Positions 19,732 through 28,753 of a stretch of 64,000 bases of DNA are shown in pieces. How positions within the stretch are numbered: position 1 is the first letter of the stretch; each line of letters begins with the position of its first letter. The translations under genes and the position numbers were made by a program. The DNA is taken from positions 42,547 through 106,546 of the forward strand of contig JADDPA010000178.1 of NCBI GenBank assembly GCA_016782125.1. Direction: 5' to 3'. The notes under the pieces were generated by a model. It saw nothing but the letters and a program-made list of their open reading frames with translations, searched no databases and was not told where the DNA came from. The stretch is from Thermobaculum sp. (GTDB lineage Bacteria > Chloroflexota > Chloroflexia > Thermobaculales > Thermobaculaceae).

Positions 19732-20892
19732 TTGAAATACATCTATCCACTTCTCGTGCTGGTGCCCATTGCCTTCATTCTGGAGTTCCTGGTGCATCTA
19801 GGCGCGACGACCATTTTCATTGTCTCCGCACTCGCGCTGATTCCACTTGCCGCAGTCCTTGGTAAGGCCACTGAAGAGCTGGCGATTCATACGGGACCGC
19901 GGATAGGCGGCCTACTAAACGCGACATTAGGCAATGCCGCTGAGCTCATCATCACGATCGTCGCCTTGAATGCGGGGCTCGTGACCCTTGTCAAGGCATC
20001 GATTATCGGTTCCATTTTGGGCAATATCCTGGTCGTCCTCGGCTTGAGTCTGCTGCTGGGTGGACTGAAGAACGGGCCACAGTTTTTCAACCGGACGGAA
20101 GCTGGCGTCGTAGCTGCGCTCCTCCTACTTTCAGTCATCGCCATGGGGGTGCCTACCGCCTTCAGCCGTACCGTAGGATCGGACATCACGACGCTAAGTG
20201 ACGAAGTCGCCTTTGTCATGATCCTGATGTATGTAGCGTACCTGGCTTTCAGCTTTCTCAGTATTAAGGGGCCGGAGCCTGCGCACGCGGCGGCAGGCAG
20301 TGCGGCACGCCAGACGGTTCCGGCATCGGTCGGGGAATCGCACCCTCGCATTGGCGGAGGCTCGACACCACAGGCCCCACAAGATGACACGCGCCATGCG
20401 GACCTAGCCCATGGAGAGGCGCACCAGCCTTCTTGGAGCCTGCCCAAGGCCCTCGTAGTGCTGGCCGTCTCGACACTGGCAATTGTCTTTATGTCCGAGT
20501 TTATAGTCGGTGCCGTGGAAGAGGTGACTGAGCAGTTGCATCTGTCTGAGTTCTTCCTCGGAGTAATGATCATCCCACTTGTCGGTAACGTGGCGGAACA
20601 CATTGTTGGCGTGCAGGTAGCGTACAAGAACCAGATGGATCTTAGCCTTGGCATCTCGCTCGGCAGCAGTCTCCAGATTGCGCTTTTCGTTGCTCCCGTG
20701 CTCGTCTTCCTCAGTCTCTTCATCGGACCCGAGCCGATGGACCTTGTATTTACCACGTTTGAGATGATCGCCCTAATGGCTGCGGTGGTCGTGGGGGTGG
20801 TTGTCAGCCTGGACGGCGAAAGCAACTGGTTGGAGGGTGCGCTGTTGCTAGGTGTCTATCTCATCCTGGGGTTCGCGTTCTTCTATGCCTAA
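19732..20892 (+). CDS. Ca2+/H+ antiporter (CaCA family)
   Basis: 386-aa polytopic ORF with both alpha-repeat signatures, GNAAELIITIVAL and GNVAEHIVGV. TTG start preceded by an AT-rich spacer. Confidence 0.88.
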   Translation: MKYIYPLLVLVPIAFILEFLVHLGATTIFIVSALALIPLAAVLGKATEELAIHTGPRIGGLLNATLGNAAELIITIVALNAGLVTLVKASIIGSILGNILVVLGLSLLLGGLKNGPQFFNRTEAGVVAALLLLSVIAMGVPTAFSRTVGSDITTLSDEVAFVMILMYVAYLAFSFLSIKGPEPAHAAAGSAARQTVPASVGESHPRIGGGSTPQAPQDDTRHADLAHGEAHQPSWSLPKALVVLAVSTLAIVFMSEFIVGAVEEVTEQLHLSEFFLGVMIIPLVGNVAEHIVGVQVAYKNQMDLSLGISLGSSLQIALFVAPVLVFLSLFIGPEPMDLVFTTFEMIALMAAVVVGVVVSLDGESNWLEGALLLGVYLILGFAFFYA

Positions 20893-20893
20893 T

Positions 20894-21463
20894 ATGACGG
20901 ACGCCGAGCGGTTGTTGCGGGAGGCCGGAGCCTTACTCCGCGGACACTTCCTGCTGTCGAGCGGATTGCATAGCGACACGTACGTTGAGAAGTTCGAGCT
21001 TATCCAACACCCGGCGATTACCGTGCAGCTGTGCGTGGGCATAGCGGAGCGCTATCGCGAAGCCGGAGTTCAGACGGTTGCTGGACCGACTACGGGCGGT
21101 GCGATCCTGGCCTTTGAGGTGGCACGCCAGCTCGGAGTGCGATCGATCATCGCGGAGCCAGCAGAGGGCGGTGGGCGGGAGTTCCGGCGTGGCTTTCGCC
21201 TCGATCCCGGAGAGCGGGTGTTGATCGTAGATGACGTGATGACCACTGGTGGCGCGGTCCGGCATACGGTCGAGGCGGTCGAACATCACGGCGCGCTCGT
21301 GCTGGGAGCGGGACTCCTTGTCGACCGCTCAGGCGGGAAAGCAGACGCGCGCACACACGTCTGGGCGGCGTTGACGGTGGATGCCCCCTCGGTCGAACCG
21401 CAGCAATGCCCACAGTGCGCACACGGGCTCGAGCTAACGAAGCGGGGAACGACAGCGCACTAG
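20894..21463 (+). CDS. pyrE: Orotate phosphoribosyltransferase
   Basis: ORF 20852..21463. Start placed at ATG 20894 (MTDAERLLREAGALLRGHFLLSSGLHS, a typical short-type PyrE N-terminus). PRPP motif VLIVDDVMTTGG. ATG 20885 is an alternative. Confidence 0.9.
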   Translation: MTDAERLLREAGALLRGHFLLSSGLHSDTYVEKFELIQHPAITVQLCVGIAERYREAGVQTVAGPTTGGAILAFEVARQLGVRSIIAEPAEGGGREFRRGFRLDPGERVLIVDDVMTTGGAVRHTVEAVEHHGALVLGAGLLVDRSGGKADARTHVWAALTVDAPSVEPQQCPQCAHGLELTKRGTTAH

Positions 21464-21666
21464 ATTGCGGCGCGAATGTCCGGGTGGCTGAGCTGTTGCT
21501 CCAGTTGTGCTAGCTCACCGATGCGCTGACGGATTTGTGCGGTCGTGGCCTCGTTTGGACGCCGCTCGTATTCCGCGCGCAATTCCAGCAGAAGCTGCGC
21601 TATGCGCCCGATTGTACGAACGGTGACGAGATCCGCCTCGTTGTGCGGAACATCGGTGAAGGCCAC
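21460..21666 (-). CDS. Small helical hypothetical protein (~68 aa)
   Basis: ORF 21460..21675. GTG 21666 lies 8 nt after GGAGG. Codon usage looks genic. Stop overlaps the pyrE stop (shared CTAG). No recognisable motif. Confidence 0.4.
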   Translation of the reverse strand: MAFTDVPHNEADLVTVRTIGRIAQLLLELRAEYERRPNEATTAQIRQRIGELAQLEQQLSHPDIRAAI

Positions 21667-21799
21667 GCCGCGCACCTCCGAGAGCCAATCCGGACGCCTT
21701 GTGCGCTAGAGTATACGAGCGAAATGGACACGCGTCAAGACCGCTGCCAACCGCTTTCGTCGGCCGAAGAAAGAACCGACGTTCCTTCGGGAGGGAATC

Positions 21800-23524
21800 G
21801 TGTCACGTGAGAGTGCGCTGCTGGGAGCGGCGGAGGATCTGCTGGCGTGTGGCCCGCTCCCCGAGGACGAGCTGGCGCGCGCACTGTACGGTGCCACGGG
21901 ATCGGTCGCTCCATGGGTGAAGCTGCTTCGGTCGTTGCTCAAGGGGAGTGAGCGGGCACGCCGTCGCGCCGACGGCCGATGGGAACTCATCCGTCTGGAT
22001 GTGGGCCCACCTGTCCTCGTCGCGGGTCGAAGCACGCGAGCCCGGCACGGTCGGTTGCTCGCCCTGGCGATTGCACCGGCCGACAATCCGTGCGCAGTGC
22101 ATCAATGGTGCTTCGAGTCGGACACGCGGCCGGCGCGGTACGTCGCTGAGGCTGACCGGGAGCAACACGATGAACCTGCAGTGCCGTTCGGAGACGCGGC
22201 GGAATCGGTGGGCGAGCTACTTCGCGACCGTGTGATCTGGGTGCTCGATGCGGACGTGCCTGCCCTGATTGCCGCCGAGTTGCAAGAGGTGGGACGGGCC
22301 CGGCCATGGGTCGATGTGCTGGTGTGCCAGAACGACGTGTGGACGGCAGCAGGACGTAAGCGCTCGATGGAAGCGGTCCGCGCCTCGCTTGGCCTCACAC
22401 CGGTTGCCGGAGATGCACTATGCGGCGAGTTGGAAGTCATTGCCCGCGTGGCAACGCGAAGTAGCGTCGGACACTCCACCGAACCTGTTCCGAAACGCGC
22501 TCGTGTCTCAGCGCTTCGATCCGCGGCCGCGGCACTGCCAGAAAGTCCGGGCGTGTACCGGTTTCACGATGCCTCCGGCTCGGTACTCTACGTTGGCTCC
22601 GCTACCAATCTGCGCCGCCGGGCGCTTTCGTACTTTGGTGAGCAGATTACTCTCACTCGTGGGCTGCACGGTCTGCTCGAACGTTCTCACACACTTGAGT
22701 TCGTTCCGGCAGGTACCCATCTCGAATCGGTCGTGCACGAAGCGCGACTAATCGCGGAACTTGAGCCGCCCTACAACGTCCAGCGCCGTGTCTCCGAACG
22801 CCAAGCGTGGCTGCGCATCGGGGCAGAGCAGCCGAAGAACGTCGTGCATGTGGCTTCGGCTCCGCGGACGGACAGGGCGCTCTATCTCGGACCGCTCCCG
22901 AACCGGACGTCCGTGAACGCAGTTGCGGCTGCGATTGCGACGCTGTGGGGTTTTTCGCGAAGAGGCGGAAGTGCACGGGTATCTGAAGCGTCACTCAGCC
23001 GGCTCAACGACATCCGTGAACTACTTGAGCAGCCGGACATATTCTGCGCCGAACTTCGCTCGCGGCTATACACCATGGGGACTGGACTCTCAGATCGGGC
23101 GCGGGCGGTGCTGGCGGAGAACGTCGACCGCACGGAGCGGGCGGTACTCGCGGGCGAACTCCGCCCGATGGACAGCGACCGCCATAGCGCGATCGTTGCC
23201 CGCCCTGACGCCGCGACTGGTGCGGTGTCTCTGCTCCTTGTGCGCCATCTGGTGTGTCACGCATCCGACCAGGTCGATTCGCCCGACGTAACGATGCTTT
23301 CGGAAACTATCAATGAGTTACTCCAATCTATCGCGGCACCAAACGATGCTGTAGCAGCAGAGATGGTGCTGGTGGCTCGCTGGCTTCATGCACACCGGGA
23401 CGACCCCTGGGTGCAGCCGGTGAGTTTGGGGGCGGATCAGATCGCCAATCGCCTCGCGGGCGCCCTGCAGGAGCGGCTGACTGAGGCCGAATCGTTGCAG
23501 TTGCCAGCCGCCGATGAATGGTGA
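21800..23524 (+). CDS. Cho/UvrC-like GIY-YIG nuclease with N-terminal degenerate DEDD (DnaQ-like) region
   Basis: 574-aa ORF. GIY-YIG core PGVYRFHDASGSVLYVGSATNLRRRALSYF ... EARLIAELEPPYN, followed by a UvrC-like LYLGPLP segment. GGGAGGGA SD before GTG 21800. Confidence 0.75.
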   Translation: MSRESALLGAAEDLLACGPLPEDELARALYGATGSVAPWVKLLRSLLKGSERARRRADGRWELIRLDVGPPVLVAGRSTRARHGRLLALAIAPADNPCAVHQWCFESDTRPARYVAEADREQHDEPAVPFGDAAESVGELLRDRVIWVLDADVPALIAAELQEVGRARPWVDVLVCQNDVWTAAGRKRSMEAVRASLGLTPVAGDALCGELEVIARVATRSSVGHSTEPVPKRARVSALRSAAAALPESPGVYRFHDASGSVLYVGSATNLRRRALSYFGEQITLTRGLHGLLERSHTLEFVPAGTHLESVVHEARLIAELEPPYNVQRRVSERQAWLRIGAEQPKNVVHVASAPRTDRALYLGPLPNRTSVNAVAAAIATLWGFSRRGGSARVSEASLSRLNDIRELLEQPDIFCAELRSRLYTMGTGLSDRARAVLAENVDRTERAVLAGELRPMDSDRHSAIVARPDAATGAVSLLLVRHLVCHASDQVDSPDVTMLSETINELLQSIAAPNDAVAAEMVLVARWLHAHRDDPWVQPVSLGADQIANRLAGALQERLTEAESLQLPAADEW

Positions 23525-23526
23525 AT

Positions 23527-24492
23527 CTAGTCCGCGAACACCTGTGTATACATCTGGCCATACGCTCCGCCTCGAACTACGCCGATGCCGACGCGCTCGA
23601 ATAATGGGGAAAGTATGTTGCTCCGGTGTTCGGCGCTGCTCATCAGTACTCGGTGCGCGGTGACAACGTCGGGCTGATACGCCAGGTTTTCCCCGGCGAC
23701 GAGGTAGTCGATCCCCGTAGCTTTCAGGCGGTCGACTGTTGCTCCTGTCCGAGGCGAGTTGTGGGCGAAGTACGACAAGTCAAACATTTCGGCGCTATGT
23801 GCTCGGGCGGTCCTGCGCAGCTGTTCGTCCATCGTCAGCGGCCGCACGCTATTCGCCGCACGTTCTTGGTTGATAAGTTCGAGCATACGCTGCTCAACTG
23901 CTTGATCTTCGGTAACCGTAAGGTTGTTCGGGAAGCTCGGATTTACCGGTTCCATGTTACCCGGCGCGTGCACGCGTAGGAGCGACGGTCGGGAGCCAAA
24001 GGTCAGTAGCCGCTCGGCACTCGGTGCCAGGCGGGTAGTAAGCCCTCCGAAGAATGGGGTAAGCTTGCTCGACTGCGACTGTGCGGCCAGGCTTGCAGAG
24101 ACAGGGAGGACACCGACCGCGGTCGCCACTAATGCAGCTACTACCCCGCCCTGTATTGCACCGAATGAGAGGCCTACCACTGGATTTACCCGCGATGACG
24201 TCCTGGATCGTATGCGGTCGCCCGGCAACGACTGTAGTCCTGAGGATACGAGGACATAGAGCGCGGTCGCGAGAAAGAACAGCGTAAAGAACGCCGCTAG
24301 GTCGGCCGCGTCGCCTGGCAAACGAAGGACTCGTGCGAAGATCGGCGAGAGACCCTGATATCCGGCAAAGCCTACCGCGATAGCTGTGATGATACCTGCC
24401 ACGTCGATGAGGCCGAGCAACAAGCCACGGCGCACGCCCCGGAGAGTGTAGATCAGTATGATCAGAGCGAGCACCAAATCAAGCGCGTTCAT
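23527..24492 (-). CDS. CvpA-family membrane domain fused to a C-terminal CAP/SCP (YkwD-like) domain
   Basis: N-terminus MNALDLVLALIILIYTLRGVRRG plus 4 TM segments (CvpA-like). C-terminus ELINQERAANSVRPL...HSAEM...YFAHNSP...GENLAY...HRSNIL (CAP-superfamily pattern). Confidence 0.72.
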   Translation of the reverse strand: MNALDLVLALIILIYTLRGVRRGLLLGLIDVAGIITAIAVGFAGYQGLSPIFARVLRLPGDAADLAAFFTLFFLATALYVLVSSGLQSLPGDRIRSRTSSRVNPVVGLSFGAIQGGVVAALVATAVGVLPVSASLAAQSQSSKLTPFFGGLTTRLAPSAERLLTFGSRPSLLRVHAPGNMEPVNPSFPNNLTVTEDQAVEQRMLELINQERAANSVRPLTMDEQLRRTARAHSAEMFDLSYFAHNSPRTGATVDRLKATGIDYLVAGENLAYQPDVVTAHRVLMSSAEHRSNILSPLFERVGIGVVRGGAYGQMYTQVFAD

Positions 24493-24515
24493 AAGCGGAG
24501 CGCCCGGTACTCAGG

Positions 24516-25490
24516 CTATCGGTCGCGATTAACCAGCGTCTCGGCCATGTCGTAGAGTGCATTGCGCGCTTCGCCGGACGGCAGCGTGAGCAGCGCAGCG
24601 CATGCCTCGTCCGCCAGCTTCCGCGCTTCCCCGAGGGCAAGATCTACTGCGCCGCAGTCTCGAACGACAGCCACGGCCTTGTCAGCGTTTGCTCCAGGTA
24701 GGCCCGAGAGGACATCCCTGATTGCTTTGGCGTCTACACTGTCGGGCGCGACCAGTTCCAGGGTTATGATCGTCGGCAGTGTTGCGGTGCCATGGGTCAG
24801 ATCACCACCCACTGGTTTGCCCGTCTGCTGGCTGGTCGCGGTGAAGTCCAGTATGTCGTCCACAATCTGATATGCCTGCCCGATCTTCTCACCGTACGTG
24901 CGCAAGGCGATGCGATGATCGTCCGGCGCGTTGGAAAGAAGCGCGCCGATCTCACAGGCCGCGGCGAAAAGTGCGGCGGTCTTAGCATAGATACGTCGGT
25001 AGTACTCCGTACGGCTGACCTGCAGCCGGTGGTTGGCGAGTGCCTGGCGCAACTCGCCGTCCACGATTTCCCGGAGCGTGCGAGCGAAAACGGTGACGAC
25101 CGCCGGGCTACCCGGTGCTGCCGCACAGATCGCGGACTGCGCGAAGATGTAATCGCCCAGGAGGATAGCGCCACTGTTTGGGAGAAAGGAGTTGAGGGTT
25201 GCTTTCCCGCGCCGCGTGGTGGCCTGGTCTATCGTGTCATCGTGGACCAGCGTGGCCGTGTGTAGGAGTTCCGTCGCGATTGCGCCGGGAATGAGCCGCT
25301 CAAGGTCGTACTGGTTACAGCGGGCACAGAGCAAAAGTAACGCGGGCCGGACTCGCTTGCCTCCGGCCTGGATAAGCCCGCCAATGAGGTCCGCAATTTC
25401 CGGGTACTCGGAAGGAACCACCTCCAACAGCGCTCTCTCGACCCTCTGTAGGTCGCTGGCAATCCACGCGAACGCCGTCGATTGTGTCAC
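24516..25490 (-). CDS. Polyprenyl diphosphate synthase (trans-IPPS, medium/long chain)
   Basis: First Asp-rich motif LVHDDTID and second motif IVDDILD. Confidence 0.9.
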   Translation of the reverse strand: MTQSTAFAWIASDLQRVERALLEVVPSEYPEIADLIGGLIQAGGKRVRPALLLLCARCNQYDLERLIPGAIATELLHTATLVHDDTIDQATTRRGKATLNSFLPNSGAILLGDYIFAQSAICAAAPGSPAVVTVFARTLREIVDGELRQALANHRLQVSRTEYYRRIYAKTAALFAAACEIGALLSNAPDDHRIALRTYGEKIGQAYQIVDDILDFTATSQQTGKPVGGDLTHGTATLPTIITLELVAPDSVDAKAIRDVLSGLPGANADKAVAVVRDCGAVDLALGEARKLADEACAALLTLPSGEARNALYDMAETLVNRDR

Positions 25491-25617
25491 TCGCGAACCT
25501 CGCTAAACTTTGTACATTCCTTCACAAAAGTATATACCCACGCCTCTGCACAAGCAAAAGCCAGCCCACGACGGAGCAGTAGGGGTATAGGACTCCGTCT
25601 ACGGCCCGATGCGGTGC

Positions 25618-27111
25618 CTAGGACGGTGCATCGTCGCGACCGACGGTTTCCACGAGCTGGGTCAGCGTGGCCACCCCGACCCCCGTGGGTCCCTTGGCGA
25701 CGTGTGGCGAATCCGTCTCAAGGCGTGCGGTGCCAGCGATGTCCAGATGGACCCATGGCACGCCCCCAGCGAACTCCTGGAGGAACGTCGCGGCGGTGAT
25801 CGCACCCGCCTCGCGGTTGCCCGCATTCGCTATATCCGCGATGTCGCTGTCCATCTGCCGACGATATTCTGGACCAATCGGCATCTGCCACATGCGCTCT
25901 CCCGTGTGCTGTGCGGCCTTCAGGACCGCATCCGTCCATGGTTGATGGTCGCCGAAAACGCCTGTCGTGACGGAGCCGAGCGCCACGACACATGCCCCTG
26001 TCAGGGTCGCCACGTCCACCAAGTGCGTGGCTCCCTGCGACAATGCGTGGAATAGTCCGTCCGCGAGCACCAGGCGTCCTTCAGCATCGGTGTTGAGTAT
26101 CTCGATCGTCTTGCCATTGCCCGCGGTGAGGATGTCGCCGGGTTTCATGGCCGCCGGACCGGGGAGGTTCTCCGAAAGACACAGCACGGCGACAACGTTT
26201 GCCTTTGGCCGGAGCTCTCCAATCGCGCGCATCGCGCCGAGAACCGCCGCCGCCCCGGACATGTCGCCCTTCATCCGGTGCATTTGCGCCGCCGGTTTGA
26301 TCGAGATGCCGCCGCTGTCGAAGGTGATACCTTTCCCGACAAGCCCGATCGTCGCCTCGCCGGTCCCGCCGGAGTAGCGCAGTGTGACCAGCTTCGCCGG
26401 CTCGGCACTCCCACGCGACGTCCCGAGAAGTGCACCATAGCCGCGTTCCTGCATCCCGTCTTCATCGAGCACATCGTATTCGAGCCCGTGGGCGTCGGCG
26501 ACGGCACGGGCACGCTCCGCAAACACCGACGGAGTCAGGATATTGCCTGGCTCGTTCGCGAGAGCGCGTGCCAGATTGGCTGCTTCTCCCATGATCCGAG
26601 CCTTCTCCGCCGCCGTCCGCGCCTCATCCGTGTTGGCCGTCACGAGCACCGTCAGGCTCTCAACGTCGGCATCCTCGGGCTCGTTAGACTTGTACTGCGC
26701 GGTGGAGAAGTTGGCGAGCATCGCGCCGTGCACCGCGCCGGCCACACTCCCGACAATATCGGCGTCTTCGGGAACCGCGAACGTGAGCGCGCTTTGTCGT
26801 GTGCTGCGCGCCTGTCGGACAGCGATGCCGGCAACACTTCGTGCGCGTGCGGCGTCCCAATCGTCCAGCTTTCCCGCGCCGATCAGCAGAACTCGCGTGA
26901 AGGGGAGCATTCCAAAAGTGAGCAGGCTCGATGTGCGGTTCAGCTTTGCCGAGACATGGCCCGCAGTGACGGCGCTCGCGAGCTGGACATTGAGCCGCCG
27001 GTCGATCTCCGCAGTGAGAGGAGATGCCTCCATCCCTTCCTCGAACAGTGGTATCGCGAGTACCTCTGTGCTCACCGCCTCCAGGCCACCGCTCTCCACT
27101 GATACCTGCAT
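25618..27111 (-). CDS. pepA: Leucyl aminopeptidase (M17)
   Basis: 497-aa ORF with the M17 signature NTDAEGRLVLAD and GKGITFDSGG. Confidence 0.93.
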   Translation of the reverse strand: MQVSVESGGLEAVSTEVLAIPLFEEGMEASPLTAEIDRRLNVQLASAVTAGHVSAKLNRTSSLLTFGMLPFTRVLLIGAGKLDDWDAARARSVAGIAVRQARSTRQSALTFAVPEDADIVGSVAGAVHGAMLANFSTAQYKSNEPEDADVESLTVLVTANTDEARTAAEKARIMGEAANLARALANEPGNILTPSVFAERARAVADAHGLEYDVLDEDGMQERGYGALLGTSRGSAEPAKLVTLRYSGGTGEATIGLVGKGITFDSGGISIKPAAQMHRMKGDMSGAAAVLGAMRAIGELRPKANVVAVLCLSENLPGPAAMKPGDILTAGNGKTIEILNTDAEGRLVLADGLFHALSQGATHLVDVATLTGACVVALGSVTTGVFGDHQPWTDAVLKAAQHTGERMWQMPIGPEYRRQMDSDIADIANAGNREAGAITAATFLQEFAGGVPWVHLDIAGTARLETDSPHVAKGPTGVGVATLTQLVETVGRDDAPS

Positions 27112-27238
27112 CTATTCGCTCCCTCGCATCAATCTCTATCCACATCGTTCGCATCACACGCCGTGGCGGGCATTATATCAGGGGACGGAGCGTCGGCTCC
27201 TCTGGACATCGCCGTTTCGCGACAGCTAGCATGGTCAT

Positions 27239-28408
27239 GTGCAAACGCCAGCTAGCCCGACCCCAAAGAAGACCGACCGTGCCGATGCGGGTCTGTACGT
27301 TCACATACCGTTCTGCCGTACCAAGTGCGTCTACTGTGATTTCAATTGCTATGCGGGAGAGAACCATCTCATCCCACAGTACGTCGCTGCTCTCTGCCGC
27401 GAGCTTGAGATGTATGGCCAACGAAGCTGGCGCGCGACAACGCTGTATCTTGGTGGCGGCACTCCCAGTTTGTTGTCCGCGGGACAGGTTGCAGCGATCG
27501 TCGACACTGCACGCACTGCCCTGGACTTTAATCCTGGCGAGGTGACGCTCGAGGCGAACCCGGGAAGTGTGAACGAGGACTACTTTCGCGAATTACTCGA
27601 CGTGGGAGTGAATCGGGTGAGCGTCGGGATCCAGAGCTTCCGCGATGCCGACCTGAAGCGGCTGGCGCGGCATCACTCCGTTGCCGATGCAGTCGATGCA
27701 TTCGCAAGCGCGCGCGCCGCGGGCGTGCCGGATATTAGCCTCGACCTCATCTACGGCTTGCCCGAGCAGTCGCTAGCAGCCTGGCGGGATAACCTCGTCC
27801 AGGCTATGGCGCTGGCACCCGAGCACGTATCTCTCTATGGTCTGGTCGTCGAGGAGGGCACTCCCCTCGCTCGCCAGGTGGCCCGTGGGAAAGTTAGTCC
27901 TCCCGACGATGACCTGATGGCAGACATGTACGAGTTGGCACACGAGGTGTTCAGCGCATCCGGACTTGTGCGTTACGAGGTCAGTAACTGGGCACTAACG
28001 GGTCACGAGGCGCGGCATAACCTGGTGTACTGGAACAACGAGCCGTACATTGGCGCCGGAGCGGGCGCGCACGGATACCTGGGCGGTTGTCGATACAGCA
28101 ATGAGCTCTTGCCGGCACGGTACATCCGGCGTGTTGAGCAAAGCGAGCTCTCCGTGGTCGAACGAGAGCCAATCAGTCATAATCTGGAGCGCGCAGAGAC
28201 GGTGATCCTTGGCCTCAGACTCGATGCAGGCGTGAGCGCGGCCGCCTTCCATGCGCGGTATGGTGAGGACTTGGTCGACTGCTACGGTGCTGTCATCTCA
28301 GAGGCAGAACTCTTTGGTTTGCTTGAGTGGCGGGACAAGCGTTTGTATCTAACCGAGCGGGGTCGCCTGCTCTCAAACGAGGTTTTCCAGCGCCTGCTGC
28401 CGGAATAG
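27239..28408 (+). CDS. hemW: Radical SAM heme chaperone HemW (oxygen-independent coproporphyrinogen oxidase-like)
   Basis: LYVHIPFCRTKCVYCDFN (CxxxCxxC) and a HemN_C-like C-terminus. GTG start. Confidence 0.88.
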   Translation: MQTPASPTPKKTDRADAGLYVHIPFCRTKCVYCDFNCYAGENHLIPQYVAALCRELEMYGQRSWRATTLYLGGGTPSLLSAGQVAAIVDTARTALDFNPGEVTLEANPGSVNEDYFRELLDVGVNRVSVGIQSFRDADLKRLARHHSVADAVDAFASARAAGVPDISLDLIYGLPEQSLAAWRDNLVQAMALAPEHVSLYGLVVEEGTPLARQVARGKVSPPDDDLMADMYELAHEVFSASGLVRYEVSNWALTGHEARHNLVYWNNEPYIGAGAGAHGYLGGCRYSNELLPARYIRRVEQSELSVVEREPISHNLERAETVILGLRLDAGVSAAAFHARYGEDLVDCYGAVISEAELFGLLEWRDKRLYLTERGRLLSNEVFQRLLPE

Positions 28409-28412
28409 CGTG

Positions 28413-28421
28413 TGCTAGAAT
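28413..28421 (+). promoter_or_regulatory. Extended -10 promoter element (TGcTAGAAT) upstream of yggT
   Basis: TGC-TAGAAT at 28413-28421, 35 nt before GTG 28456, which has a GGAGGTGGTG SD. Confidence 0.35.
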
Positions 28422-28455
28422 GGGGTAGCAGGCTTTCTTGCGGAGGTGGTGATAC

Positions 28456-28698
28456 GTGCCTGAAGTCATCCGACTCTTTCTGTCTTTGCTTCTCCAAGCG
28501 CTCTGGTTCGCCGTTCTTGGGCGGGCGATCCTCTCCTGGTTCGATCCCCAGTTCGGCAATCCCATTTCCCGCTTCCTGTTCGACGTGACCGAACCGATCT
28601 TGCAACCGATCCGAAGCATCATGCCCGGTGGAATGATGATCGACTTCTCACCTATGGTGGCGATCGTGATCATCTCGATCCTTCAGAGGGCGATCTAA
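28456..28698 (+). CDS. YggT-family membrane protein
   Basis: 80-aa ORF with two TM segments and the YggT-like pattern GRAILSWFDP...ITEPILQPIR. Confidence 0.8.
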   Translation: MPEVIRLFLSLLLQALWFAVLGRAILSWFDPQFGNPISRFLFDVTEPILQPIRSIMPGGMMIDFSPMVAIVIISILQRAI

Positions 28699-28753
28699 GC
28701 CTGCTCGCACCGGTCCATCCTGGTGGCACGTCTCCGCCAGTCATGATCCTTTC

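Noticed and set aside
27225-27241. A leaderless start for hemW (TAGCAT 6 nt before GTG 27239).
   Set aside because: The -10 match is mediocre and the start is GTG, which is poor for leaderless initiation. The nearby ATGs (27231, 27237) are out of frame. Left uncalled.
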